Notes: generated by a model not told the origin, from the letters alone. Numbered from the stretch's first letter, positions 26,377 through 36,339 are shown. The stretch: DNA of 64,000 nt from Phycisphaerae bacterium (GCA_017999985.1 JAGNKU010000001.1:237276-301275), one strand, 5' to 3'. Program-made: numbers and translations.

Positions 26377-27837
26377 TCACTGCAGACTTTCGAGTCGTTT
26401 CCGGGCGTCGCCGTCCATGAAATTGTAGTCCTGGCGGAGCAGGCGCCCAAACGCGTCCTTGGCCGCGGCTGCGTTGCCGGCCGCCTCCTGGGCGCGCCCC
26501 AGCCAGTACAAGAGATCCTTGCTGAAATCGTCCGCCAGTTCGGCGTGGGCCAGCGCCTCGTTCAGCACCGCCGCGGCCTGCACGGGGTCGCCCTTTTCGA
26601 AAAAGGCGCGGCCCATCATCAGCTCGCAGCGATCCCGGCTGCGCGGGTCACCCTGCGCAGCCTGCAGCATCGGGATCGCCTCGTCGTACTCGCCGGCCTC
26701 GAACAGGATCGAGCCCAGCTTGAACTTGAGGCGCAGGTCGGTGGGGTACTTCGCGACCCGCTCGCGGAACACGCCGAGCGCGGTCTGGCGCTGCTCCAGC
26801 GCGGCCAGCCGCGCCTGCTGCCGGTCGTCCGCGGAGCCCGTCTCGCGCGCCTTCGCCGCCAGGGCCCGGGCCTCACGCGCCAACTGCCGCAGCAAAATGT
26901 CGTCGGCTTTGAGTTTCAGGCTGTAGTTGCGGGTCTTGTCGTACGCGGCCCGCAACAGCGCGATCGCCTCATCCTCCTGCGGCTTACGCTCGGCCCGCAG
27001 CAGCAGGTCCACGTACGCGTTCAGCTTGCTCTGCGAATCGGGGCTGGCTTCCCACTCGCGCTTCGCCGCACTGACCAGCGCCTCCAGGGTGTCCTCGCCC
27101 TGTTGCACCCGCTCCGCGTCGTGCAGCAGCTTCTGCTTGTCCGCGTCACGCAACGACTCGCGGAAATCGCCCGCGTCCTGGTATTTCCCGCGTGAAATCG
27201 TCAGCTTGCCGGCCAAGTCCCGCTGCTCGTTCCGCAAATCATCGTCCGCCGGCAAACGCACGATGGCGTACTCCAGCGAGCTGACCGCCTGATCCAGGAA
27301 CCAGGTCTCCAGGGCCGATTCCCCGCGCGCGTCCGCCAGCTCCGCCGCCTCCACCAGCGAATCGCGAAACGTTCGAAACCGCCCCTTGTTCGGTTTCTTG
27401 TCTTTGCGGAGCGCGTCGAACACCAGCGGCGCCACCCACTTCGCCGTCTCCAGGTAGCCCGCCTTGATCGCGTTCTTCAGCAGGCCCTCCGCGTAGCTCC
27501 CGTTCGGCGGGTCCATGCTCAGGAGGTGCTCCGCGTTGAACATATTCTGCTTGGGATCCTTGCCGCTGATCGAACGCTTGATCCCGTCCATCAGCCCGGG
27601 CTTCTTGCCCCCGGCTTGCTGCCGCTGCACCGCCAGCGACCGCAAGGGCATGTGCCCCTCTTCAACCGCTTCCGGCCAGTAGTTCAGCCCGGTGATGTAG
27701 CACTCGATCGCGTAGTCGTACTCGCGGCGTTCCCGACAATCCATCGCCTTCTTGAACCACTGGCGGGCGCGCGCCTTGTCCGCATCCGAGAACTCGGGCT
27801 TCTGCGGCGGCTCGGTTGTCTTCTCTGCCTTGGCCAT
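26377..27837 (-). CDS. Tetratricopeptide (TPR) repeat protein
   Basis: Repeated helical TPR units (YDYAIECYITGLNYWP, AIPMLQAAQGDPRSRDRCELMMGRAFFEKGDPVQAAAVLNEAL); no enzymatic motifs. Confidence 0.8.
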   Translation of the reverse strand: MAKAEKTTEPPQKPEFSDADKARARQWFKKAMDCRERREYDYAIECYITGLNYWPEAVEEGHMPLRSLAVQRQQAGGKKPGLMDGIKRSISGKDPKQNMFNAEHLLSMDPPNGSYAEGLLKNAIKAGYLETAKWVAPLVFDALRKDKKPNKGRFRTFRDSLVEAAELADARGESALETWFLDQAVSSLEYAIVRLPADDDLRNEQRDLAGKLTISRGKYQDAGDFRESLRDADKQKLLHDAERVQQGEDTLEALVSAAKREWEASPDSQSKLNAYVDLLLRAERKPQEDEAIALLRAAYDKTRNYSLKLKADDILLRQLAREARALAAKARETGSADDRQQARLAALEQRQTALGVFRERVAKYPTDLRLKFKLGSILFEAGEYDEAIPMLQAAQGDPRSRDRCELMMGRAFFEKGDPVQAAAVLNEALAHAELADDFSKDLLYWLGRAQEAAGNAAAAKDAFGRLLRQDYNFMDGDARKRLESLQ

Positions 27838-27977
27838 CCCGGTTCTTTGCGTTCGCGTCGACGGCGCAGGGCCGCCCTTCTACCACGGCCCCGGACCGCG
27901 CCACAACTCCAGAGTGGGCCGAGTATAACCGAAAGCGCCGCCGAGTAGAAGCACCCCCGGACCCGCCAGCCGGATCC

Positions 27978-28484
27978 TCACGGCCGCAGCGGCAAGCCGC
28001 CGTCCAGCAGGCCCGCCACCACCTTGAAGGCCCAGCTCCCCAGCAGCAGGATCAACAGCGCCAGAAACGCCCGGTACGGCGTAATAAACCAGACGTTCAC
28101 ACGCGGCCAGCGCCCCGCCATCACCATCCACGCCGCGACCAGCCCCGTTGCGCCCGTCGCCAGCGCCAGGATGAACCCGCCTGGCTGCGCCCACAAGGCC
28201 CGCAGCCACTGACCACGCACCGTGTAAGCGAACGCGGTGGTCATCCCACAGGTGGGGCACGGATAGCCCGTCATGATCAGCATGCCGCACGGGCCGGTGC
28301 CGAGCTGGCTGTGCGTCCCGTAGCCGCGCGGGTCCGGCTGCAGGTACGCGGCGAGGCCGAGCAAACCGGCGCAGCCCAGCAACACCACGCCGGCCCACAG
28401 CCGCACGTGGGCCGTGCGAGACGCGGGGCGCGGCGGACTCCACGTCGTCGGGGGGACCGGCTTTTCCTCCAGCGCGTCGGTCAA
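27978..28484 (-). CDS. DUF2752-family membrane protein
   Basis: GPCGMLIMTGYPCPTCGMTTA (the CPxCG-T motif of DUF2752) followed by three TM helices. Confidence 0.7.
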   Translation of the reverse strand: MTDALEEKPVPPTTWSPPRPASRTAHVRLWAGVVLLGCAGLLGLAAYLQPDPRGYGTHSQLGTGPCGMLIMTGYPCPTCGMTTAFAYTVRGQWLRALWAQPGGFILALATGATGLVAAWMVMAGRWPRVNVWFITPYRAFLALLILLLGSWAFKVVAGLLDGGLPLRP

Positions 28485-28487
28485 GGA

Positions 28488-28961
28488 CTACATCCGTCGG
28501 GGACGTGACGGCGTCCGCGCCGTCTCGGCCAGCTTGCGCCGGGGTTTCCGCTCGTCCAGCACCTGCGCAGCTTTCTTGAAGTCGGAGACGCGGAAGACAC
28601 CGAGCGTCTGGCCGCCCGCCGCCCCGGTCGTGCAATAGGCGTAGTTGACTCCGATGTGGTTGCTGGCCAGGCGCGCGACAACATCGGCCATGGCACCCGG
28701 CCGATTGGGGAGCGTCGTGAGCAGGACGGTGGTTTCCGCCGTCGGAACGTTGAGCGCGGTGAGACACTGGCGGGCGCGGTCGGGGTTCTCCACCACCAGC
28801 CGCAACACGCCGTGCTCGGTGGCATCCATCATGCTCAAGGCCAGGATGTTCACGCGGTCGTCCGCGAGGCGCTGACAGACCTGGGCGAGGACGTTGGGCT
28901 TGTTAGCCAGGAACACGGAGAACTGGGTGTCCGTTCTCGTCGCGCCGTTGTACGCCTTCAT
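28488..28961 (-). CDS. ACT domain-containing protein
   Basis: Two beta-alpha-beta-beta-alpha-beta ACT-like halves (FSVFLANKPNVLAQVCQRLADDRVNILALSM; LLTTLPNRPGAMADVVARLASNHIGVNYAYC). Confidence 0.65.
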   Translation of the reverse strand: MKAYNGATRTDTQFSVFLANKPNVLAQVCQRLADDRVNILALSMMDATEHGVLRLVVENPDRARQCLTALNVPTAETTVLLTTLPNRPGAMADVVARLASNHIGVNYAYCTTGAAGGQTLGVFRVSDFKKAAQVLDERKPRRKLAETARTPSRPRRM

Positions 28962-29284
28962 CGCTGTCGCTCCTTAGGTTCGAGGCGCGTTACCGCGGGT
29001 CAGACTGGCCCGCGGCCGCATGGCAACCACGCACGCTGGCGGCACGCCGGCTCCGGACGTGAATGCAGGATGTGTGTATCACTTCGGTCGCGGGATCGCA
29101 AGCTGCCCGAGGGTCTCGCATCCCACCACGCCTCCGCGCTGGCACGTGCCGCGCTGGTCGGTCTGGGGCGCATACGCGGGCTTGCCATACCACCGAGGGA
29201 TTATATCACTTGGGCACGCGCGGCCGCGCGGCCGCCGGACGCAACTGCTGCCACCCGCCCGGCGGCGTTCGCCGGCATCGCGCA

Positions 29285-29330
29285 AAAAAAGAGGGCACCA
29301 GGGGCCCGAAGGCGACCCGGTGCTCTCCGG
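29285..29330 (-). terminator. Rho-independent terminator-like hairpin plus T7 run on the minus strand inside a 670-bp gene-free gap
   Basis: The minus strand reads ggagagcaccgggtcgcc-ttcg-ggcccctggtgccctc-tttttttgcg (an imperfect ~14-bp stem then UUUUUUU). It lies ~340 nt downstream of the mnmE stop with no ORF between. Confidence 0.35.
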
Positions 29331-29631
29331 AGGGGAAAGAAGCCAGATACGACTGACCCTACTCCACAGGGTCCGGTATCTACTCCTCCTGAAGTATAGC
29401 GCTGTGCAACCGCGCTCGTCAAAATCCTGCCCGCTGCAGGGCTTACGCAAAAGCGCGCCGCGGGCCGCAACCGTTAGATCGGTTGGGTCGCCGAAAAAGT
29501 TGAGGAAATCCAACGTGGTATTGGAGGGGCGCCCGTAATCGCGCACGGACCGCGCTCAGGCCCAAGTACGGCCGGCATCCCCGCCGGCCGGTCAGGCTAC
29601 ATCGCCGCGCCATGTCCAAGTCTCCACAGCC

Positions 29632-30990
29632 CTACTTTCCGACACAAAACTCCGCGTAGATGCGGTCGAGCAAGCGCTCGTCAAGCGGCGCAAATGTCTC
29701 AGAGAAAAAGACTTGGAACGCTGTCCGCAACTCGACGCAGATCAGCTCCGGCAAAGACAAGACCCCGCCCGACGTCGCGGCCAATTCCTTCGCCCGCCGC
29801 AACGCCGCGCACGCCACCCGCAACTCGCCAACCGCCGGTCCGCCGCTTCGCGCCGCCGTGCATTCGCCCAACTCGCGCGAAACAACCGCGCGCAATTCCT
29901 GCAGGCCTGTGCCGCGCGGCGCGCTCACCCGCACCTCCGCGACGAATCTCTGCTCCGGCGTGGGCTCCGTCACAACCGACGCCAGATCCGCCTTGCTGAC
30001 CACGAGAATCAGCTTCGCCGGACCGATCCGCTCGAGGGCGGTGGTTTCGCGCGTGTCCCACCGCGTGTCCGCCGCATGCACCCACAGCACGAGGTCCGCC
30101 TGTTGGGCGGCGCGTTCGCTCGCCAGGTGGCTGGCGAGCTCGAGGTCATCGGCGCTGGACCCCAGCCCGGCACAGTCCTGCAGCACGGCGGCGAGGCCGC
30201 CGAATTCCACCTCGGCCGAGAGCACATCGCGCGTCGTGCCCAGCACCGGCGACACCAGCGCACGCTCGTACCCCACGAGGGCGTTGAAGAGCGTGCTCTT
30301 GCCCGCATTGGGCAAACCCCCCAGCGCGACGTGCGGGCGCCCGAGGTGCGGATCGTGGCCGGACCGCGCCTCGACGGCGTCGAGGTCCGCCAGCAGCCCG
30401 TCAAGCGTCGCGACCACCTCGGCCGGCGCGATAAACCGCACGTCGTCTTCATCCGCGAAATCGATCCCCGCCTCGATCAGCGCCAGCAGGCGCGTCACGC
30501 GTTCGCGGAGGTCCGCGATCCGTCGACGAGCGTCCCCGCGCGCCAGCCGCGCCGCCTCGCGCACGTCGGCGGCGTGCTGCGCCTGCATGAGGTTGAGCAC
30601 GCCCGCGACCTGCCGCGCTGCGAGGCGCCCGTTCAGGAAAGCGCGGGCGGTGAACTCGCCGGGCAGCGCCCGTCGGGCGCCGCATTCCAGCAGCCGGGCG
30701 GACAGGGCCCGCAGCAGCGGCAGGCAGCCGACGACATGCAGCTCCACCAGGTCCTGCCCGGTGTAGCTGCGCGGCGCGCGAAACCAGTAGGCCGTGGCCG
30801 GCAGAGTGTGGACGTCGTCCAGGCGCACCCGCGCGTCCGTCCAGGCCGGGGCCGTCGCCGGCGGCACGGGCCCCAGCTCCCCGACCAGCGCGAACGCGTC
30901 CGGGCCACTCAGGCGGACAATGCCGAGCGCGGCCGGCTGCCAGCCGGTGGAGACGGCCACGATCGTGTCGCTGAGCGCCGGGACCTGCAT
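29632..30990 (-). CDS. mnmE: tRNA modification GTPase MnmE (TrmE)
   Basis: G-domain GLPNAGKSTLFNAL, TRD, DCAGL, and the characteristic C-terminal CVGK. The start is ATG 30990 (MQVPALSDTIVAVSTG), inside track ORF 29632..31014. Confidence 0.9.
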   Translation of the reverse strand: MQVPALSDTIVAVSTGWQPAALGIVRLSGPDAFALVGELGPVPPATAPAWTDARVRLDDVHTLPATAYWFRAPRSYTGQDLVELHVVGCLPLLRALSARLLECGARRALPGEFTARAFLNGRLAARQVAGVLNLMQAQHAADVREAARLARGDARRRIADLRERVTRLLALIEAGIDFADEDDVRFIAPAEVVATLDGLLADLDAVEARSGHDPHLGRPHVALGGLPNAGKSTLFNALVGYERALVSPVLGTTRDVLSAEVEFGGLAAVLQDCAGLGSSADDLELASHLASERAAQQADLVLWVHAADTRWDTRETTALERIGPAKLILVVSKADLASVVTEPTPEQRFVAEVRVSAPRGTGLQELRAVVSRELGECTAARSGGPAVGELRVACAALRRAKELAATSGGVLSLPELICVELRTAFQVFFSETFAPLDERLLDRIYAEFCVGK

Positions 30991-31057
30991 AGCACGAACT
31001 CCGGAGCGGGACATGCGCTGGGCCGGTCACCCCGCGGTAGACCGGCCCGGACCGCAA

Positions 31058-32944
31058 CTACGCCTCGTCTTGCGCGGGCGGATTGCGCCGCGCGCCCGGT
31101 TCAGCCGGGTCATTCTTGCCGGTCGCCATGTCGACGACCTTCTTGGCGACGGCGCCGATGGTGGCGCCGACGGCGGCGGCCCCGGCAACCGCAGCCTTCT
31201 TCGCATCCGGCGGCAATGAGCGGTCGAGACCCTCGACAAACATGCCGGCCGATTGGCCCTGGAAGAACGCGGCGGTCATTCGCTGCACCGTGGTCGGGTC
31301 GCCCCAGACCGTCATGTGGGCGTTGGCCAGCGCCTGTCCGAACGCTTGTGCCGCGGCGATGCGCGCGTCCTTGTCGGCCGCGATCTTGGCCAGCTCGACC
31401 TGCAGTTCGCGGGCGATCTTCTCGAAGCGCGCCTGGCCTTCGAGGTCGCGGATCTTCACCGACACCTGCGCGTCCTGCACCTTCACCTGCTCCTGCGCCA
31501 CGTTGACCGGCACCATCTGCACGGCCCGCTCGGCCTCGGCCTCCAGTGACTTGGCCTGCTTGGTCGCCTCGGCCAGCGTGATCCGCGCCGAGGCCTGCTT
31601 GTCCGCGGCGAGCTGCTCGCCTTCGGCGTGCTTCACCGCGGCGTACGCGGCCACGTCGGCGTGCATCTGCTGCTCGATCCGCTGCTGCTCGACCTCGGCC
31701 TGCTTGGTGATCACGGCCTTTTCCTTCTCGCGCTCGGCCGTGGCACGGACCTGCACGGTCACGACCGCTTGCTCGGCGGCCTTGCGCTCCTGCTCGGCCT
31801 CGAGCTGCGCGGCCTCGGCGGAAGCCCGGCGCTTCTCCGCCTCGGCGACGGTGATCTGCTGCTCGCGCCGCGCGAGCTCGACCGCCTTCTCCTTCTCCAC
31901 GCCGGCGACGAGGGCCGCCTTCTCGCGCTCCTGGTCCGCCACCTGGATGTCGCGGGTCTGCTGGACGGTGGCGAGCTTCACCTCGCGCTCGGCCTGGACG
32001 CGAGCGACGCCAGCCAGCTTGTTCTGCTGCGCCGCGAACGTGGCGGCCTTCTGCTGGTTCTCGGCGGCGGCGATGTTCTTGGCGGCCTCAGCTTCGACCT
32101 TCGCGCGGGCCTCGATCACTTCCTGCTGCGCGACGTACTGCGAGGTCTTGACGTTCTGCTCCTTCACGCGCTGATCGGCCTCGCGCTCGATCGAGTTGCG
32201 CGCCACGCGCTGGGCCTGGACCTGCTCGGCGATCGTCCGCACGCCCTGCGCGTCGAACACGTTCTCTTCCGGGCGCATCGCCTGCACCGGGGCCTGGTCG
32301 AGGCTCGAAATCGTGACCGACTCGAGTGTCAGGCCGTTCGACTTCAGGTCCTGCTCGACAATCCGCTGCACCGCCTCGGCAAACTCGGCCCTTTTCGCGT
32401 TGAGGTCGTACAGCTTTTGCGTCGCCGCCACCGTGCGCAGTGCCGAGACCAGCTTCTCGAAGATGAGCTGCTGCACGGCCTGCGGGTTGCCCGAGCTCAT
32501 GCCCAGCGACGTCGCCGCCTGGACGATGTCCTGCGGCTCCTTCTGGACGCGCACGTAGAACACCGCCTTGACGTCGGCGCGCAAGAAATCGGCCGTAATC
32601 AGGGCCTCGCCGCCGGTCCGGTCCACGTCCAGCTTGAACGTCTTGAGCGAGACCGGAATGACCTCGTGCACCACCGGAATCACGATGGCACCGCCGTCGA
32701 TGATGCACTTGCGTCCGCCCACGCCGGTGCGCACGAACGCCTCATCGGCCGCGGTCTTGCGGTACAGCCGCGTGATCACGATCAGGACCGTGAATACCAG
32801 CAGCAGCGCCACGCCGAACCCCAGCAGCACGATGCGCGAGGCATCCGGCAGCGCCGGCACGAAGAACGGCCCGACGATCAGGGCCAGACCCGCCACGATC
32901 CCCAGAAAGAGCACAAACGCCATCGACCCGCTGTTGCGACTCAT
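31058..32944 (-). CDS. Flotillin-family SPFH (band 7) domain protein (YqiK/FloA-like)
   Basis: N-terminal TM, an SPFH domain, a long Ala/Glu/Gln-rich coiled-coil (EA repeats), and a C-terminal region. Its ATG overlaps the nfeD stop (ATGA). Confidence 0.85.
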   Translation of the reverse strand: MSRNSGSMAFVLFLGIVAGLALIVGPFFVPALPDASRIVLLGFGVALLLVFTVLIVITRLYRKTAADEAFVRTGVGGRKCIIDGGAIVIPVVHEVIPVSLKTFKLDVDRTGGEALITADFLRADVKAVFYVRVQKEPQDIVQAATSLGMSSGNPQAVQQLIFEKLVSALRTVAATQKLYDLNAKRAEFAEAVQRIVEQDLKSNGLTLESVTISSLDQAPVQAMRPEENVFDAQGVRTIAEQVQAQRVARNSIEREADQRVKEQNVKTSQYVAQQEVIEARAKVEAEAAKNIAAAENQQKAATFAAQQNKLAGVARVQAEREVKLATVQQTRDIQVADQEREKAALVAGVEKEKAVELARREQQITVAEAEKRRASAEAAQLEAEQERKAAEQAVVTVQVRATAEREKEKAVITKQAEVEQQRIEQQMHADVAAYAAVKHAEGEQLAADKQASARITLAEATKQAKSLEAEAERAVQMVPVNVAQEQVKVQDAQVSVKIRDLEGQARFEKIARELQVELAKIAADKDARIAAAQAFGQALANAHMTVWGDPTTVQRMTAAFFQGQSAGMFVEGLDRSLPPDAKKAAVAGAAAVGATIGAVAKKVVDMATGKNDPAEPGARRNPPAQDEA

Positions 32945-33609
32945 CGGTTTCCCCTTGCGAATGCGGACTCCTCAGCCTCCACGTAGAAGCAGTTCGCCGC
33001 CGCGTCGTAGCGCTTGAGCACCACCAGCGACCCGGCTGGCAGCGGCAGATCACCCGTCACGATCCGGCTCGAAACATCGTGCAGCACATTCTCCGGGTCG
33101 CAGACCCGCACCACGCCGGACCGGTCCGTCACCTCATACAGCACTTCACCATGCAGCCCGAGCAGCGCCCGCGCCGGCGTCGCGTACGTCTCGACCGCCG
33201 GCACCAGCCGCGCGATGCCGGCGGCCAGATGCCGCGTCACGAACACCGCTGCCCCGAGGGCGATCGCCATGGCCGTCCAGACCGCCGCGGGGCCCAGCCA
33301 CGTGATGCTCGCCAGACCCGCCGCGCCCCAGACGAAGCAGTAGCTCATCGCCAGGATGGCGAGCGGCACCTTGCCCAGACCGAGGAAGCCGGCGATCCCG
33401 GCCAGCACGCCGGGGTGCGCGTCGACGCCCGGATGAACATCCGTGCTGTGATCCAGGTCCGCGTCATGGTCCAGGGCGGGACCGTGCGCCAGGTCGCCGC
33501 CGGCCCCGTGCTCGCCCCACGACAGGCCCAGGGCCATCAGGATCAGGTACAGCGCGCCGGCCACGATCGGCAGCAGGAAGATCAGACTCTGCCACTCCAG
33601 GAGTTGCAT
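32941..33609 (-). CDS. NfeD-family membrane protein (YqiJ-like), flotillin partner
   Basis: Multi-TM N-terminus with a His/Asp-rich loop, and a C-terminal OB-fold-like segment (GEVLYEVTDRSGVVRV...GSLVVLKRYDAAANCFYVE). ATG 33609 has a GGGAG RBS; the alternative ATG is 33624. Confidence 0.75.
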   Translation of the reverse strand: MQLLEWQSLIFLLPIVAGALYLILMALGLSWGEHGAGGDLAHGPALDHDADLDHSTDVHPGVDAHPGVLAGIAGFLGLGKVPLAILAMSYCFVWGAAGLASITWLGPAAVWTAMAIALGAAVFVTRHLAAGIARLVPAVETYATPARALLGLHGEVLYEVTDRSGVVRVCDPENVLHDVSSRIVTGDLPLPAGSLVVLKRYDAAANCFYVEAEESAFARGNR

Positions 33610-33755
33610 GTGAGTCGCTCCCATCGGCGTCGGCGGTGCGCGCCACCGCGAGCTGTGCTGGCCCCACCGCCGGTGCTCTATTCAAATACTAACCGCGCAG
33701 CGCCGGCCCGAAATTACAAACCGGCACGATTCGTGGAACGCACCCCCGCGTCACG

Positions 33756-34379
33756 CTAGCGGTCGCCACTCGGCTCGCGGGCCGGTTGCGTGGCGGGCGC
33801 TGTTGCTACCGGCGCCGTGCTGGACCGTTCCGCCGGCGCGAACTCGACCGCCCCGACGTGCCAGCGCTCATCCGCGCTGCGCAGGCATTGAATGCGGAGC
33901 ACGGCGCGATCGTCGCGCACGCGGGCCGGCACGTCCACGACGGCCTTGCGCCCCTCGGCGCCCGCCGCCGCCAGGCGCAGCTGATCGAGCGCCAGGCCGT
34001 CGGCGTAATAGGCGATCGTCGCCCCCCAGCTTTTCACTAGCGTGTCGAGCACCTGCGCGTCATCTTGGGCGACATGCCCCGGCAGCGCCTTGTAGCGCGC
34101 CAGGATGTCCGTGCGCGCCAGCACCTGCTCCGCCAGGCGCTGGCGTTGCTGCGCGGCGGCCGCGTGATCCCGCCGCGCGACGGCCGCCAGCTCGGCCCGC
34201 AAGCCTTCGAGCAGGCTGCGCGCCGCGGCCTCCGGGGAGGTCAACACAATCTCGGGGCCGGCGACGGGCTGACTCGACGGCGCGGCCGCGCGCCGGCAGC
34301 CGCCCCACGCCGCCAGCACAAGCAGCAGCCCGCAGCCGATGCGGCGGAAGCCGCGCGCGTGTTCGATGCACGTACACAT
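33756..34379 (-). CDS. Hypothetical lipoprotein
   Basis: A likely start at MCTCIEHARGFRRIGCGLLLVLAAWGGC (lipobox) inside the longer ORF 33756..34643; the product is Ala/Arg-rich and helical; no family recognised. Confidence 0.4.
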   Translation of the reverse strand: MCTCIEHARGFRRIGCGLLLVLAAWGGCRRAAAPSSQPVAGPEIVLTSPEAAARSLLEGLRAELAAVARRDHAAAAQQRQRLAEQVLARTDILARYKALPGHVAQDDAQVLDTLVKSWGATIAYYADGLALDQLRLAAAGAEGRKAVVDVPARVRDDRAVLRIQCLRSADERWHVGAVEFAPAERSSTAPVATAPATQPAREPSGDR

Positions 34380-34383
34380 GACG

Positions 34384-36069
34384 CTACCCCAGGGCCCCCG
34401 GCTCCAGCTTGGCAAACAGGATCGTCGGCTCACCGAGCGGCGTGCCGCACTTCGGCGGGCGCGGCGCCGCCCACTGGATCGTCTCAGCGGGCCGTCCGAG
34501 CATCCGCTGCAGCTTGCGGGCAGCGCCCGGCATGAACGGCCAGCACATGATCGCCAGGTACTCGATGGCGTGAATGCACGTGGCAATCGTCGCGGCACAG
34601 TCGGCGAGATCGTCCTTGCGCGACGACCACGGCGCCCGCACACTGAAGTACTCGTTGCAGACGCGGGCGTAGGCCATCAGCTCTTCCAGGCCGTTGCGGA
34701 AACGGTGTTCGGCCAGGCACGCGCCGACTTTCCGCAGGGCCTCGTCCGCCTGCGCTAGATGGGCCCGGTCGGCGTCGGTCTGTGCCGCCGGGTCCGGCAC
34801 CCGGCCCTCGAAGTAGCGGGCCGCGAAGGTCAGCGCGCGGTTGACGAAATTGCCGAGGGCCGCGACCAGCTCGGAATTGTTCCGCGTCACGAAGTCCTCG
34901 GGATCGAACGCGGTGCGTGCCGCCTCGGGCGCCTGGGCCGTCAGGTAGTAGCGCAGCGCGTCGGGGTCGAGCCCTCGCTTCAGGTATTCCTCGACCCACA
35001 CGGGCGCATCGGCGGCGGTCGTGCTCTTGCTGATCTTCTGGAGCTCGCCCGCGACCTTGTGGTTCATGAAGTTGTTCGCGACCACCGCGGTGGGCAGTTG
35101 CGGGCGGCCGTGCGCCATCAGCATCGCCGGCCACGTCAGGGCATGGAAGACGGTGTTGTCCTCGCCGATGAAATGGATGATGGCGCAATCCGGAGCGCAC
35201 CACCATTTCTGGTAATCCTGCCAGTCGCCGGCGTGCCGGGCACACCAGGCCGCGGTAAACGACATGTAGCCGATCGGAGCGTCGAACCAGACGTACAGCA
35301 CCTTGCCGCGCGCGTCCGGGTCATCGAGCGGCACGGGCACGCCCCAGGCGATGTCGCGGGTCATGGAGCGCTCGGGCAAGCCCTGCTTGATCTGCCCCAG
35401 CGCGAAGTTCAGCACGTTCGCCCGCCACTGCCCCTGCTTCGACTCCAGCCACTGGCGCAGCGGCTTTTCAAAGTCGCTCAGCCGCAGGTACCAGTGCGTG
35501 GTCTCGCGCACCTCGGCCGGCTGCCCCGTGATCACGCTCAGCGGGTTCTTCAGCAGCAGCGGCTCGATCATCTGGCCGCAGGCTTCGCACTGGTCGCCGG
35601 TGGCCCGCTCGAACCCGCAGTGGTGGCAGATCCCGCGCACGAAGCGATCCGGCAGGAAGCGCCCGGCCTGCGCGTCGTAGAGCTGCTGGGTGCGGCGCTT
35701 CGTGAAGTAGCCGCCGGCGTGGATCCGCGTGAAGAAGTCCTGGCTGAAGTGCTCGTGCAGGGCAACATAGTCCGGATGGTGCGTGCCGCCATAGACGTCG
35801 AACTCGATTTCCAGACCGGCAAAGTCCTGCGCCTGCCGCTCGTGATAGTGGCTGGCAATCTGCTCAGGCGTGCTCTGCTCCTGGAGCGCCGAGATCTCGA
35901 TCGCGACCCCGTTGTCGTCGCTACCGCAGATGAAGCGGACTTCGTGGCCCGCCGCCCGCAGGTAGCGCACGTACGTGTCGGCCGGCAGATAGGCGCCGGC
36001 GATGTGCCCGACATGCAGCCGGTTATTGGAGTAAGGCAGGGCAGCGGTGACCAGATAGCGGCTCGGCAT
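34384..36069 (-). CDS. metG: Methionine--tRNA ligase MetG (short form without the C-terminal tRNA-binding domain)
   Basis: HVGHIAGAYLPADTYVRYLR (HIGH), a zinc knuckle CHHCG...CEACG, and KISKS (KMSKS). Confidence 0.95.
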   Translation of the reverse strand: MPSRYLVTAALPYSNNRLHVGHIAGAYLPADTYVRYLRAAGHEVRFICGSDDNGVAIEISALQEQSTPEQIASHYHERQAQDFAGLEIEFDVYGGTHHPDYVALHEHFSQDFFTRIHAGGYFTKRRTQQLYDAQAGRFLPDRFVRGICHHCGFERATGDQCEACGQMIEPLLLKNPLSVITGQPAEVRETTHWYLRLSDFEKPLRQWLESKQGQWRANVLNFALGQIKQGLPERSMTRDIAWGVPVPLDDPDARGKVLYVWFDAPIGYMSFTAAWCARHAGDWQDYQKWWCAPDCAIIHFIGEDNTVFHALTWPAMLMAHGRPQLPTAVVANNFMNHKVAGELQKISKSTTAADAPVWVEEYLKRGLDPDALRYYLTAQAPEAARTAFDPEDFVTRNNSELVAALGNFVNRALTFAARYFEGRVPDPAAQTDADRAHLAQADEALRKVGACLAEHRFRNGLEELMAYARVCNEYFSVRAPWSSRKDDLADCAATIATCIHAIEYLAIMCWPFMPGAARKLQRMLGRPAETIQWAAPRPPKCGTPLGEPTILFAKLEPGALG

Positions 36070-36139
36070 GCTTCAGGACTCCGAACTCGATGGAAGCGCC
36101 GGATGGTACGGCGCACGCCGCGGACCCGCAACGCCGCGC

Positions 36140-36194
36140 GGCGCAAAGCAAAACGCGTCGATTCACTGCCGATGGGCAAGCGATCGACGCGTTT
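36140..36194 (-). terminator. Rho-independent terminator on the minus strand downstream of the 33-aa ORF
   Basis: A perfect 12-bp stem aaacgcgtcgat / atcgacgcgttt (36151..36162 and 36183..36194) with a 20-nt loop; the minus strand then continues ttttgctttg. Confidence 0.5.
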
Positions 36195-36240
36195 CAGATC
36201 CGGTCTGTCCAGTGGACGACCGATCTCGCGGTGGGCGCGA

Positions 36241-36339
36241 TTAGGCCGCCTGCTGCGTGGTCAGAATCGTGTACAGAATGATCGCGATGCCGCCCCAGAT
36301 CAGCCACGTCCACCAACCGCCACCAAACCAATTCCACAT
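36241..36339 (-). CDS. Small Trp-rich hydrophobic peptide (33 aa), MWNWFGGGWWTWLIWGGIAIILYTILTTQQAA
   Basis: ATG 36339..36337 preceded by a GGAG RBS 7 nt upstream (cacGGAGcctggacATG). It has a single TM helix and its own downstream hairpin plus T-run terminator at 36140..36194. The ORF track does not list it (below 60 aa). Confidence 0.45.
   Translation of the reverse strand: MWNWFGGGWWTWLIWGGIAIILYTILTTQQAA

Noticed and set aside
31083-32174. 363-aa Cys/Ser/Ala-rich plus-strand ORF
   Set aside because: Antisense of the flotillin coiled-coil region; composition is repetitive with no start context.
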